A program made the position numbers and the translations under genes. Positions 35,834 through 49,680 of a DNA stretch of 64,000 bases are shown piece by piece; positions within the stretch are counted from its first letter, which is position 1, and each line of letters starts with the position of its first letter. The stretch is taken from positions 11,346,001 through 11,410,000 of the forward strand of contig NC_087436.1 of assembly GCF_036321535.1 (NCBI RefSeq), given 5' to 3'. The notes beneath the pieces are model-generated. The model saw only the letters and a list, made by a program, of their open reading frames with translations. It made no database searches and was not told the origin of the DNA. The DNA is from Camelus dromedarius (lineage: Eukaryota).

Positions 35834-36825
35834 GGAGTCTTACCACAACAATGCTCCCTTTGGCAAGGATGGCCTCAAGCTCAAGCCCAGAGGAGGAGTA
35901 GCTATCCTCGCTCAGAGATCGCAGACTGACCAGCTCTGGGTGTCACTGGACCAGCCTGCCGAGCAGCCACTGAAGTCTTGTCTAGCCCCCTGCACCTCAA
36001 CGTGAAGGGCAAGTAGGTTCACTGCTTGTAGCTCTATCACAAATTAGCCGATCTACATTTAACATGAAAGACTTGCTTCTTGAAGAAAGTAGCCACAGGT
36101 TCAAGCAAGCAGTCATTTCTAAGGAAGAAAAAAGTTTTTAATTTCTACATTTCCCAGGCTTGCAATTGCAATATCCTAATTCAGATAAAAATCAACGACT
36201 GCCGAAACCCTAAGGTAAAATTTCCTGGGTTATAATATATTCATACATCTCAAAATATCACCCCAAGAATTACAGTTCCTTTACAGAGAGACAAAGTAAG
36301 TGCCTTTACAATATAGAGATCTAGAGAATACCTCATCAATGAAGGGACAAACTGATGGCCTGCAATGGGAAGAAAATCAATTATGGAACATTTCTGCCAG
36401 CCCACCACTGCCAAAAAATCTAATCACAGGGGAGTAATCACTAAAATCCAAACCACTGCAACATTCAATAAGACAATAGTCTTAAAAGTCTGCATAAACA
36501 ACAATGGACTGAAAAACATAGGGGAAATATTCTACATTAAATAGACTAAACAACTAGGAGAAATTTATGATCTTAAGCTTTGATTCGAGATAGTCAGAAA
36601 AACTGCCATAAAGTCAATAGTATGGTACAATGGGAAAATTTTGGATATGTACTATTTATTAGATAACAATATTATCAAAGTTAAGCTTCCTGAATTCAAT
36701 CATTACACTTTAGCTACATTAAGAAATTATCCTACTCTTAGGAAATACCTCCTGAAACACTTATGGATGACGGGTCATGATCTCTGAATGTTACTCTGAA
36801 ATATTACTTTAAAAAAAGTGGATGG

Positions 36826-37129
36826 GGGGGTGGGGAGGTATAGCTCAAGTGGTAGAGTACATGCTTAGCAAGTACAAGGTCCTGGGTTCAATCCCCAGTA
36901 CTCCTTCTGAAAAAATAAATAACTAAACCTAGTTACCATCCTCCCCCAAAATAAAGAATTTTAAAATTTTTACAAAGGGGGGAAGGTATAGCACACACAG
37001 TAGAGTGTGCTTAGCATGCACTAAGTCCTGGGTTCAATCCCCAGTACCTCCACTAAAAAATAAAATAAAAAATTAATTAAAAAATACATAAAGAAACCTA
37101 ATTACCCCCACCTCCAAACTTTTTTTTTT
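36826..37129 (+). mobile_element. Two head-to-tail vic-1-type SINEs
   Basis: Two tRNA-like heads (GGTATAGCTCAAGTGGTAGAG...GTCCTGGGTTCAATCCCCAGTAC), each with an AAACCTA.TTACC tail. The pair is flanked by AAAGTGGATGG (36815-36825) and AAAGTGGGTGG (37130-37140). Confidence 0.85.
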
Positions 37130-37918
37130 AAAGTGGGTGGCATGCTTTTGGTCTGAAGTGGGAGTGACATGGGTGTGACTACAGGAGGGTAGTACAAAAG
37201 ACTTCAAAGAGATAGAAAGTTCTGTAACTTGACTTTGCTGGCAGCTATATGCATCTGTATGTGCTAAGTGTCACAGAACTATACATATTCATTTTACCAA
37301 TATCAAATTTCTGGTTTTGATATTATATTGTTAAGAAACATGAGAACATGCACAGTGGGTATCAGGGTGTACTATCTCTGTACTATCTTGAGAAGTTCCT
37401 GTGAATCTATAATTATTTCAAAATATTAAGGCTTTAGGAAAATCACCTGCAGGCTCATCCAAATGTTTAACCCAGAGGGAAGTGGTGCAGTTCATTCTAT
37501 ACAGTTCCCTGGGACACATGATCCATTACTATGTCCCTTGCTTTTTCTACTCATTGATTGTACATTTTGGGGGCAGTCTGCTACCTTGTGAGATACATGG
37601 ACACAGTATAGAGGCCCCACCCAGACCAAGCTGCCATCAGCTCTTGTACCACCGTCTCTACCTGGTCAGCCTGCTTCCACTCTCGCTCCCTTGCATCCAT
37701 TCACCACTCAGCAATCACATTTTTCCATTGAATAGACAACTTAGAATCTCTCTCTCCAGTGCTTACATTCCTTCAGTATCTGAATCCTCATCTTCTCAAC
37801 ACAGTATACAAAGCCCTATAAAATACTGACCCCTCCTAGTCACTTTGAGCTGGAGTCCTATCATTCTTCCTACCTCGGTACACTGCAGCGACAATTATCT
37901 TGTTGTGGTTGAATATGC

Positions 37919-38418
37919 TGTAGATGAAAAGTCAATTCATGATCAAGTTAAGAAGAGGGGGAATTTTATTCAAGCCAAACTGAGGATTATAACCCAGAAG
38001 ACAGACTCTCAGAAAGCTCTGGGAACTGTTCCACCTGCTAGAAGTTGAAGGCCCAGTTATATACATTTTCAAGACAAAGGATCATACAGCAAAATGATAT
38101 ACTGACATTTTACAAAAAGTTCACCAAGGATGCATAGTTCAAGTAAGCGTGTACAAAGGAAGCAGCAAGTCATTACGACCTCCTACAGAGTTGGGAAAGA
38201 ATGCTATTCTTTTAAGTTATATTGCTAGGGTCAGAAAAAAGGTAAAAATTTGGTCTTTAAGTCGGAGCAGGCACTCCCATCTTTGCGGAGCCCTGGTTAA
38301 TGTGTAATGCTGCACATACTGCACTATGAGGAAGGAGAGAGGTGGCCTAAACAGAGAGAGAGAATTTCATGCTTAAATTTTCTTGTCCTGCCTTAAAATA
38401 TAAATTTTATTTCATCAA
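37919..38418 (-). mobile_element. Solo ERV1-type LTR
   Basis: TGTAGATGAAAA...TTTATTCAAGCCAAACTGAGGATTATAACCC...CTCTCAGAAAGCTCT...AAATTTTATTTCATCA, with TG/CA ends and AATAAA on the minus strand. Confidence 0.6.
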
Positions 38419-39269
38419 TGCTGAGGTCATTGCTACGGAGTGGAGCATTCTCTTCAGGAACCTTTGTACACCTCTGTCTTTCTCTTCAGGTCTTCTCTCT
38501 CAAATGCTGTCTCCTTAGGGAAACAGTTTCTACTCACCCAATCTGACTGCCTTCTTCTCCCTACACTCTCTTGCTATCTCTATTTTCTTCCATAGAATGC
38601 AATCATAATCTGAAATTGTCTACTTCATGTATTTGCTTGTTAGTTACTCTCTCTTTTGGCCATGAATATTGAATAAGTACATTCTTAGTCTACCTTTTTC
38701 ATTGGCATGTAGAAAATACTCAAGGACTTTTTATTAAAAACTGAGTAACAATAATGCATACATAAATGAATAAACCCTAAAAAACACAAATATTAAAAAA
38801 GTCAATGTTATATAAAATAAAAAAGTGGGAAGACTGTTCAAGATTACGAGAGTTTAAAGAGACAACCAAATGTAATGTGTGATATCTGACTATAACTGGG
38901 AACAGAGAGAAAGTTATAAAGATCACTGTGAACATAACTGAGAATACTTAAACATGAACCTGTATTAGATAATTAAGGTATATCAATATAAACTGGGTAC
39001 AATAAAGTTTTATAATGAAAAAGGAAACTATCCATATTCTCAAGAAATATTAGCTTAAATATTTAAGGGAAAACTGACATATCTGTAATATAAACTGTTC
39101 AAAAGAGTCTATTTTACACTCATACACACACTAGCACTCATATGTAGAAAGAATACTGGTCATCCCAAATCTTAAAAAACTGGACACTCTAACAAGGGAA
39201 TAAGAGGGTTTACTACATTATTCTTTTAACATCGCTGTAGGTTTGAAAAATTTCCAAAAAGTTAAAAGA

Positions 39270-39620
39270 AAAAAGAGGACACTAATGAACTCACCTATAA
39301 AAGAAACAGATTTGCAGACATAGTAAATAGTCTTGTGGTTACCAGGGAAAGGGGGTGGGACGGGATAAATCTGGCAGTTTGAGATTTGCAAATGTTAAGC
39401 ACTATATGTATAAACAGATAAAAAATTTCTCCTGTATAGCACAGGGAACTATATTCAATATTTTGTAATAACCGTTAATGAAAAAGAACATGAAAACAAA
39501 TATATATGCATGATTGGGAGGTTATACTGTATAACAGTTACAATTGACACATTGTAACTGACTATATTTCAATTAAAAAAAAAGATTATAACTCAAAAAA
39601 AAAATGTTAAAAAAAAAGGT
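39270..39620 (+). mobile_element. LINE-1 3' end with A-rich tail
   Basis: AATGAACTCACCTATAAAAGAAACAGA...CTGTATAGCACAGGGAACTATATTCAATA...ACATTGTAACTGACTATA.TTCAAT followed by poly(A). Confidence 0.8.
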
Positions 39621-40544
39621 TAGAGAAACTTCTAGTTGATTTATCTATTCTATCATGCCCAATTTCCAGGCAGAGTTATTTTCTCAAATAGTGGCTACTC
39701 AGTACACTGTTCTTTTCCTTCTCCCTCACACTACCAGGCACCATTCTTTTAAATTTTCCTGCTGCTCACATTTCACATAAAATGAGGCTTGAACATAGTA
39801 AAATTGTCTTGATTTCACATTTGATGTTGGATTTGTCTTTATGACCAAGAGGAAATCACCTCATTCTGACTCCCAATTCTAAACTACATCTTATTTTAAA
39901 ATTAGTAAAATGTGAAAAAAGTGCATCTTAGAATTGGTTATATATACTTGTCGTGCATTTAACATCCTCTCCTCACCCATTTTAACTAACTCACTTTAAG
40001 AGAACATCAGGCTTAAGAGTCCTGAAGGAACTTAGACAAGCCAGTTGGACTGAGTGTGGCCTGCCTTCCTGAATATACATGCAGGTAGCCCAGGTAACCC
40101 TATTCTAGAGGTAAATCACACCACCCACACCCTCCCCGCCCCACCCCCAACCCAGCCAATACATACCTTGAGTCTGATTTACTTGCCAGATATTTTGGCT
40201 ACTATTATCCATGCATGTTTGTTTGGAAAGCAGGGCTTGTGTCAGGTGTGTGAATGGTAGGAATGGGCTGGTAGAGGTGGGTTTTCAAACGGACTGACCC
40301 ACAACTCCTATTTCCTTTTCCTCTGATCTAGCAGGGCTCAGTATTTCTTAGACCCTCAGTTAATCTCCCATCTGTGCAAAAATTATTCCCTTTCCTCACT
40401 TTTTCCCTGAGTTGAGTTGAGGCTTTTTGGAAGGAATTCAAGTCACCTTCTCTGGTAAGGCTGGCTGTGTGTCAGGCACTGTGGTAGGTGTGTGGAAACA
40501 CAGTCACTGATTCTCACTTAAACACAACTTTGTGAAATTAGTGC

Positions 40545-41526
40545 CAGGAGAGGCAATTCATCATAGGCCCTGAGCATCTCTGCATTCATCCTCTACATTT
40601 GCCAGGAATGCAGGGCCCTGATTTCCCTTCACCCAGGCCATTTCTCAGGGTTGTCTGAAGAAAGCACCCTTGAAACAGGAGGTAAAGTCTCCCTGTGGAA
40701 CCAAAAACAGGTTTTCTCTAAAAGTGGATCCCCCAAACTCAGGGTTACTTGGCTGTGTTACAAACCCACGGTGTACACGGCGTCCACGTGGCCCCTCCAG
40801 CACCTCTGTGGGACTTGAGAGGTATGGGGACCTGATGCAAACGTGATGCTCATGTTGCTGGCTCTGCCGGTACTAAGAGTCCTCTGTGTCTGACCCAGGA
40901 GTTTGTGTCACCTGGCACCAACTATGAAACATTAACAGGCTAACTTATCAGCTTCCTAGTAGAGTAAAACCACAAACTTTGACAGTTGGGAGACAAGTCC
41001 TCATTGCAGCTGTGAAATTTGAGAATCTGAACAGGCTTATCCAAAGTCATAATTAATTGGTGTAACTACTGCCATTACTCTAAACCATTAAGCATCCTCT
41101 ACTTCTTGTTACTTCTGTACCTAATAAATACGAATTTGGTCTTCCTATCAGGTTCCTAACACAGGGCTCTGAACACCCTGAAATCTCCCTAGTGACAAGA
41201 GTGTGTTTTGCAAGCTAAGTGATGGCCAAGGACTCCTAAACAGCTTCAGAATGGAGGCAAGTCGCCAGAAAGATCAAGGTATGATTAGAGATGAGACTTA
41301 CACTTCTAACCTGTGACTTCCTGGGGAGAGGAACTGGAGATTGAGGTAATCACCAATGGCCAAAGATTTAATAAACCATGTCTACATAATGAAACCTCCA
41401 TTAAAAAAAAAAATCCCTAAATGTTGGGGTTCAGAGAACTTCTGGGTTGATGAATACACCATGGTGCTGTGGGAACAGCATGCAGTACCTAACCCAGAAC
41501 AGATGCTGAATAAGTGGTATTGTACC

Positions 41527-41557
<31 letters not shown>

Positions 41558-42830
41558 CCTGCTTGAAAGGCTGGCCCTTGGCTGTCTGGGAACTTGGATT
41601 TTGTAAGGATACCCACCATTCCCTGATAATGCTTTACTGCGCTCAAGAGTAGATTTCAATGACGTGGCTTATGCTAACCACCAGAATTTCTTCTGAGAAT
41701 CTGGAAATTTGATACATGCTAGGCAGAGGCTGACTACATAGCCTGTTCCCCCCCCAAATTCTTGGGCAACAAGCCTCTAAAGAGCTTCCCTGGCAGACAT
41801 TTTGTGCATTTTGCCACAACTTGTTGCAGGAGGTATTAAGTGGGTCTTGTGTGACTCTACCGGGAGAGGATTCCTGGAAGTTAGCCTTGGTTTCCTCCAG
41901 ACTTCACCTCATGCATCTTTTCCCTTTGCTGATTTTGCATGTATCCATTCACTATAATCAATCATAGTTCTGAGTACACTTCATGCTGAGCCCCATAAGT
42001 CCTCCTAGTAATGGCTGAACCTAGGTGCAGTCTTGGGGACCCCTAGACACAAGTATTATTAGAGCTTATAAAATTTCAAAGTCAAAAAAGTTCTTAGAAA
42101 TCAAGCACAACTGCCTAGATTTTTATTATAGTATGTAATATTATATTAAAGTATATACTATAGCACTATTTCAGTCTAAAAGCTACTACATATGTTGGTA
42201 CTGCTTGCTCTTTAGTGAGGATAAAAGGTGTTAACTGCTCATAGCAGTAGTTAGGCAAATAAAGTGTGCATACATTCCAGTTATGAAGAAGCTGTAAGGT
42301 ATCATTCCTTTAAAATTCTTTTTTAATATACTGTAATTGAATAGCAGAAGAAAATGCCACTGCAAAGTATGCTCATTGGCATAAGGACGATTTTGAGAAA
42401 CTGCAGACACAGCAGCACTCAGAAAAGAGTAGAAGGTAGCCTTCTGTAAAGAAAATTTACATTAAAAAGGGAGTCTGTACGTGGAAGAGATCTATTACAA
42501 AGATCACTTTTCCACCTGACTTATTTACATGGCAGAGCAAATTATGTTCACCAACTATTTACTCTTCCAATGAACTGTCTTCCTCCTATTTGAAACCCCA
42601 TACACCCCCCCCCCCCCTTAGCTCAGTATGGTATATAAGCCTCAATTGCCTGGCTGCCTTTTGAGTCTCATTCCTTTGTGGAGCTCCTGCAGGTACATTA
42701 TGTTCATAGATAATTAAAACTGGTTTGGTTTTTTTTTCTTCTGTTAACCTTTTTTATTATGGGACGGGGTAGAGGTATCTCAGGAAACAGCCTACCAGAG
42801 GGGAAAATATTTTTCCTTCCCTCCAATATA
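40545..42830 (+). mobile_element. Cluster of old LTRs (about 40545-40985; MER21-like about 41115-42050; MER34-like about 42340-42830)
   Basis: MER21-type motifs (GGTTCCTAACACAGGGCTCT...CATAATGAAACCTCCAT...GTCTTGGGGACCCC) and a MER34-type opening and ending. Boundaries are approximate. Confidence 0.5.
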
Positions 42831-43839
42831 AAAAGGAATGTATTAAGTAATGAAAATGTGTCTTCTAACCTTCTGACCTTCCAACCTAATTTTTATAAAT
42901 AACACTGTCACATCACATGGGTTCCTAATCCTTGTTTAAAATTCCTTCCAGATTTTACAAAGGCACTTTAACAGAGTAAAATATACAGAGAAAGTTTTAA
43001 GAATGTTGCCAAGACTATAATACAGGTAGCACATTTCAAAGCAGGATTGAAAATTTTGGAATCAGAAGGAAGAGTTATATTGCTTTAAAAAGAGTTATTT
43101 CATTTAAATTAGTGTTTCCGTACAGATTTCAAATGGGTCCTCCCTTCCCCCTATAGTTACCTCCCCTAACCCACTTTCTAGACTCAGGCCGTGGAGTGAA
43201 AAGAACAGCGTTGGGGGGCACTTTCGCGGTCCAAGCTACAAACATAGGCCGACTATTCTGACTACCGTCTCCTACTCCATGTCATGAGTCCCTCAACAAT
43301 ACAGCATTCTAAACTCAAATATAACCTTCCGACCTCCCATTTCAAGCACTGCAAGCCCTTCTCCTTACTGTAAGAACAGCAAGATCCGGAGTACACGGCC
43401 ATCCTGCCCCTACTCTCATTTCCCGGGCCCACGCATCTCTCACACCACAAGTCACAGTTCGGATTTCCCATTCATTTTTCTCAACCTTTGGTTAATGACA
43501 CTAGAATGTACGGTTCAGGGTCTGAATGCTTCCCTATTTCTCCTCAAAACTGATTACTTATTCTATTCTTGGAGCTGCTGAAAAGTGTTGGCGAGTGTGA
43601 GCTCCATAAATATCAGGTATGTGAAGCATCATCTAAAGTCACTGCCTGTGACTTTAGATGATGTTTAACATACCAGAGCCTCCACCCTCTCACCTGCTGA
43701 AAAGAAGACAACCTCCTGGACACAACAGTGCGGAGTACCGGATGGCTCAACCCGCCTGGTTGGAGAGCCTCCCCTAATTCCCCACAGTAATGCCTCTGAG
43801 GCCTGCCACCTCCCAAACCTCCGTCCAGGTCAGTCTCTG

Positions 43840-44400
43840 TCACTGTGCGCCGTCCGCCACGCCCCCCCCCCCCACAGTCTGAGGAGACCCCGCGGTCCGG
43901 CGCCGGGAGACGCCCAGCAAGCCCCGCTCAGCGAAGCCCCCCTCGGCCCTTCCTCTCGCCCTCCCGGCTCACCTGGAGCGCGTGGCTCGACCCTCTCAGG
44001 CCAGCGAATATGAGGAGCCTCCAGGCGTGGGCCCAGGGCGCAGGCTTCGCGCCACCGAGCGGCCGGTCTCGCGAAATGGAGCGCACTGGGCGCGCGGTGA
44101 TTGGCGGTTCCCCCAGAAGTGGGCGGGGATGGGCCTGCGCATGCTCAGTGACGGGGCGGGAGCACCAGGAGGAGCGCCTGAGCTTGGGGAATGCGGTGGA
44201 GGACATTTCCAAAGTGGTCGGGCCAACGTTAACTTCTGCCGATCATCTAGTTCCCGGTGGGGACTTTTCACATTGTTATTGCTTCGAGTCCCATGAGCAA
44301 GCTGAGAGTCAAAGTAAGGTTGGGGTAGTTGTGAAAAGCGTCACCGCCACCTCCCGTCTAACCGCTTCTGGTGGTCTGCGGTCGCAGGACGCAGCAGGGG
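43840..44400 (-). promoter_or_regulatory. CpG island: likely TRIM60 promoter and non-coding exon 1
   Basis: CpG-dense, with TCTCGCGAAA (44067-44076), CCAAT on the minus strand (44100-44104), a GC box (44121-44128), an NRF1-like TGCGCATGCT (44136-44145) and a minus-strand donor CAG|GTGAGC at 43973/43972. It lies about 8 kb upstream of the TRIM60 CDS. Confidence 0.65.
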
Positions 44401-44852
44401 AGGGGTGGTTTTGTTTCAGAAAGTGAAGAACAGTCTCCTGCCGGATCCATTGCCTCAGGGTGGGTGACTGGGTGGGTCTGCCCCTGCCCTATATACAGTG
44501 TGTCCCACCTGGACCCGGGCTCCCTGAGGCCTCTCCTGAGGAAATAATATTTAAGGTGGAATTTAAGGAAAGAATGTGAATTAGATGGACAAACTTAAGG
44601 GTAAAGTCTTAAAGGCTGAAGCACTTGTAATTGAAAAGCTTCTTGGCTCTAGTGACTTCATGCCTGTGGGACTGAAAGAGGCTACTATTTGCAGGAGAAA
44701 TATTAAAATTTGCATATCACTTTTCTGTTGAAATCATAGTGCTGGATTCCCAGAGTAGCCTATTGTTCTGTGATCTGATATTTAGTGGAAGAATAGGACT
44801 CAATTAGGGAGAGCCATTGTGTGTTATTGCAGCTTCGTTGATAGGCGTGATA

Positions 44853-45635
44853 CTGTGATTCATAAGAACTGTGTATTTACTCATTCAGATGACTAAAATA
44901 AATATTTCTCACATATATTTAACCTTCATCCATGGTTTCTGGGTTATAGCTCCAAGGATCCTTGGAATTCCCTGAGTAATTGGAGCATCTATTGTTATAA
45001 TTTTTGGTCACATGCCTTCAATTCCTGAACGATTCAGAGTCCGAGGTGACATGGGTGTCTTGTTATTCACAAGCAGCTCCTCCCCACCACTGCTGGGTCT
45101 ATGTTAATAAAGTGACTTTTGGAAATTCCCTGAAGGGGGTGGGCATCTGCCTGCTGGTTGCCTGGGGAATGAACTGTGAATAACACTTGTTTTGAACTGC
45201 TCTGCCAGACCCGAACTCCACAAGGACAGAAACTCCCTTGTTTGGGGCCTGGCCCTGTGTTTGCATTCACCTGGCTGTTGATTCATATCCTTTAATGTCC
45301 TTTGTGATAAACTGGTAATCTAGTGAGTAAAGTGGTTTCCTAAATTCTGTGATCTACTTTAACAAATTAATTGAACCCAAGGTGGGGGTTGTGGGAACCT
45401 CTGATGTATAGCCATTTATAGGTAAGAAGCGAAGGTAGCAACCTGGATTTGGAATGAGTGCCTGAGGTAGGAGGCAGTTTTAACGGATTGGGCCTTAATC
45501 GGTGGAATCTGATGCTGTCTCCAGTAGACGATGTCGGAATTGAGTTGAATTGTAGGAAATCCAGTTGGTGTCAAGAGCACTGCTTGACAGTGTGGGGAAA
45601 ATTGCCCCCCTGTTGGAACTGGCGCTGGAATCATC
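44853..45635 (+). mobile_element. MER21-like LTR
   Basis: CCTTGGAATTCCCTGAGT..., AATTAATTGAACCCAAGG.GGGGGTTGTGGGAACCTC, GGAATCTGATGCT.TCTCCAGTAGA...GAATTGAGTTGAATTGTAGGA. Confidence 0.6.
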
Positions 45636-45995
45636 TCCACGGGGACAGGGAACTATCTGTCTGTGAGGCCCCTGTTTCGGGAAAGATAAAGGGTGAATTG
45701 GACAAAATGAGAGCAGCGTTGTTGTTAAAGCAGAGGGAACCTACTGGAAAGGTCAGTCATGGGCAAAAAAGAGACTGGCTGCAGAAGCAGGTTGGAATGG
45801 AGGCCAGAGCATTTTAGGCCATGTTGAATTTTGCACTTAGTCCAAGAGCAATAAAAAACTATTGAAACTAAGTCCCCCTGAAACCAAGTTCCTCTGCTGA
45901 GTTTATGATTAACTTCTCTATCCAAAATGTTATTCTCTTTCTTGTCCAACACATGTTCCCTTCAGGATTGAGGCATAGCAAAGAAAAGGGGGGTT

Positions 45996-47131
45996 TGAAA
46001 CCAAGCAGGACCATGTGGGGCCCTCCCAGGTACAAAAGCCTTTCTGGGTACCTTATTTCTTGTCTGTAGAAAATGGTTTCAGCCTCATAGATCTTTCCTG
46101 AGTTCCAAGGAGTGGATTCAAGCTCCTACTGATTAGGGAAGTGAGGGAATGCAGAAACAAAGGGAAAATAGTAAAGAAACAATAGTGCAGCGATAACAGA
46201 GTCCTAGTTCCTCTTCAAGGAATATACATACCAATATATTTTGAGTTCTGCGGAACTAAGGCCCCCACCCAGGTGGAGGATGGTAACTGTGGGCTGAGCA
46301 CCAGATTTCTAGAACACCACCCTGTTACCTCACCATCAACCAATCAGAAGAAAGTCATGCATCCTGCAGTCCTCACCCCAAATTTTGCCTATAAAAACTT
46401 CCCCAAAAACCAAGGGGGAGTTTGGGTCTTTTGAGAAGTTGCCCATTTTCCTTGCAAGGGCCTTGCAATAAACCTTTCTCTGCTCCAAACTCTGAACTTC
46501 AGTTTGTTTGACCTCACTGTGCATCAGGCACTTGGACTTGGGTCTGATAACACTATTGCAATGTTTGAAAGACAAATGATAGCATGATCAGGATTGCTGG
46601 GTAAAAGGAGATGGTTTACTAGAACCCAAAGTGTGGGCCGTGCCAACTGGAAATTGTCATCTGCCACCTGGTTCTGTACGACTGAAGTCATGAGCCACTG
46701 CAGTCACTGACCTTCACCATGCCCTGAAAGGGGTTTAGGGTGGAGATCAGGAATGAGGTACTCTGTGCTCTGAGAAAAACTGGCAAAACAGGCCTTCAGG
46801 TGGTTAGATATTTTTGGAAGATTTTATGAGCCCAATGTCTTGCATCTTCTCATGTTTAGAAAAGCACAAGCACGTAAGTCACGTATAGAGACGTCTGCTC
46901 CTCACGACTAGCAGTAACCTTGTGATAAGCAGGAATCTTCTGCCAAAATGTGTGCTTCATTGTACGTATCCCCCCTTCACCAAAATCACGTATATATTGA
47001 CCTCCCCACTTACCTCTTCAGAGCAATTCCTCAGAGCTATCTGAGGGGCTGTCCACCAGGCTATAATCCCGATTTTGCCCCAAATAAAACTTAACTCACT
47101 ACTCTAACATTGTGCACTTTTTTTATAACAC
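45996..47131 (+). mobile_element. Two adjacent solo LTRs (about 45996-46552 and 46615-47131)
   Basis: First: TGAAACCAAGCAGGACC...CCAATCAG...CTATAAAA...AATAAACC...TAACA. Second: ends AATAAAACTTAACTC...ATAACA. Confidence 0.6.
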
Positions 47132-49482
47132 TTGGGAAAAAGTTATTGGAAATACAGAGGTAGACCTGATGCCAACTTTGGATGATCTCTTGGACTGCAT
47201 AGATTGAATTCAGTTGGCTACACTATCTTGACTCACTGTGGTGTGGGAGATGATAAATATTTACGGTTAGTGGTTTATTGAAGGGCTTAACTTGGTATGG
47301 GGTAAACATGAATGAATGTAATCCCATATTTTATTACTGGGATTCCCCTATAAGCCTGTATCTGTTACCATCTAATCCAGTCCTCTAAATTTTATCAAAA
47401 TTACCTCAAATACTTGTAAAAATTCTGAGACCTAGAAGTCACCTTAGAGCTAGTTTGTCGTAAGTGGGGATTCCCTAGTAAGGGATGAGTTTTTGATGAG
47501 AAGACCAGAAGACAAGAAGGATTAGAGTTCTTGAGAGCCCACTAGGTAAGTAACTCTAAGCCCCATAAAATGCATTTTATTTAATTCTTACAACAAGTGT
47601 GAATATTTATACATGGTCAGGCTGAAACTCAAGAAAGGTTGAATATCACTTAAATAATTGATTAAATTTCATTGATAAGAATTTTAACAGAAAAATCTTT
47701 ATGACAATGCCCAGTGAAACACAGTCATTATGCCACAATTACTTTTTCAGAATTCATTATGAGTTTATGGTGATCACTTTCATTTTTGGGGAACAGAATT
47801 CTTAAAAACCTACATGGTCCATTCATGCTTTTGTCCAACATCTACCTTTTAGGAATGGGTGTGTGAATCAGATTGCTCAGATCACAGGTCAAATATATAA
47901 ATAAGAAATCTCTGGATTGTAGCATTGTATTTATAGACCTCGAGAATCATAACATTTGCACTCAGAATTAGATATTCTTTAAATGGTTTTCTTTTCTGCT
48001 GAACATCCATCTTTTTCAATTATAAGAAAAAGACTGCTTATGTTTCCAAGTTTTCCTCTAGCATTTTGTGTGTGTGTGTTTATGTAACTTTCAATCTCTT
48101 AAGTATCCTAAAATTGTTTTTTTGCATATATAAACACAGAATCTTTTTTCTAACAAATTAAATGTGTTCTGCAACTTGCCTTTTCACTTAGTGATATATC
48201 TTACAAATTGTTTAATATCCGTGCATATTAATATACTGCACTTTTTGGAAACCGTTTGTTCCTTGTTCCCTTGCCTAAATGAGAAATGTTGATAGGACAG
48301 TATTTGTATTGTATCCTTTGTCTGTATCACTGTTATATAATTTTTTCCTTCCCCAATGCTTTTATTATAAAATCTAATTCTGAGAAGTTGGGATTTTAAA
48401 AGTATTTTCACCACTTTTACATGATATGTGATAAAGTGATTTTAGAGAACATTCTATTTTAGATCTGTATATTTACATTTTAATTATATTTCATTTTAAT
48501 AACATAGTCTTCAAAAATATTTATTTTTTTCTTTTCCATGTTAGCAGGATACATGATGCCTGTTGCTTTACATTTTTATGAATAATTATTTCCTGGTAAA
48601 TAAAGTAACAAAAAACCCAGAATCATAATGGATTTAGGGAAAGAATAAAAAATAAACTGCCTGTATTAAAACAGATCACAACTGCATCCATGATCTGATA
48701 TTTAATGATATTTATATTCGATTTTTAAAATACAGTTAGTTGTGTAATTTAAAATGACAAAATAAGAATCTTCCAGGATGCTATTTGGAAACTATTTTTA
48801 GTAAATAACAGGGTTCGGTTTTTTTGTAACAAGTCTGTATTTTCAAAGAAAAAATGGGAATGGTTATATTTTTGCTTTAAAAAGAAGTCTTCTTTCTAAT
48901 TAATTTGAAAGAAATTTGAAAACAAAGTTCTGAGAATAGACAATTATAATATTTTGTAATATGTCTAAGTCTCCTTAAAAAAAGAAGACATGAAACATCA
49001 CAGATAAAGATAATTGGATATCTGTACTCATAGAAATTGTGTTTAACGTGTATAAATTAATACATTCACATATACATATCTATAAGGTATGTAATCTTTA
49101 TATATTTGTATTAAATTACGTATGGTATGGTATCACACTATATACTTACACATTGTTTTTTCTGTCAACATTTTGTTTGAGAGCGTGGGAGAGATGATGG
49201 TGACTTGAAAAGTTAGTATCACTAGAGATATGGCAGTTGAGTACAATGTCTATGCTTGTATATTTTAACTTTTTATTATGGAAAATTTGCAAAATGTAGC
49301 AAAGTGTAGAAATGGTATAATAGACCCCCCCACAGACCTGTCACACAGCTTCAACAATTAACATGATCAATATTTTTTTTAATCAATTCCATGCCCTTTC
49401 CACCTTCCCTAAAACATTTTGATGTAGACTTCAAAAATCATTATCATCTCATCTGTTAAGTACTTTATTTAATTTTATTTTT

Positions 49483-49680
49483 GGGGGGAGGGTATAGCCT
49501 AGTGGTTAAGGGCCTGCCTAGCATGCTTGAGGTCCTGGCTTCAATCCCTAGCACCTCCATAAAAAAAGAAAAAAATTTTTATTTTTAATTTTTTGAGGGG
49601 GAGAGATAATTAGGTTTATTTATTTATGTATTTGTAGAGGAGGTACTGGGGATTGAACCCAGGACCTCATGCATGCTAAA
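49483..49680. mobile_element. Two vic-1-type SINEs in opposite orientation (plus about 49483-49575; minus about 49590-49680)
   Basis: GGGGAGGGTATAGCCTAGTGG...TTCAATCCCTAGCACCTCC, followed by GGAGGTACTGGGGATTGAACCCAGGACCTC (the reverse complement of a SINE head). Confidence 0.8.

Noticed and set aside
36826..36905. tRNA genes at the tRNA-like heads (also 13490, 49483, 60288)
   Set aside because: They are degenerate, followed by SINE tails and in some cases TSDs, so they are SINEs rather than tRNA genes.
40050..40170. Faint inverted similarity to about 20905-21005
   Set aside because: Only short G-rich words match, which cannot be distinguished from chance by eye.
43845..44426. 193-aa ORF in the CpG island, and 6284-6922 (212 aa)
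   Set aside because: Low-complexity GC-driven ORFs with no domain signal.
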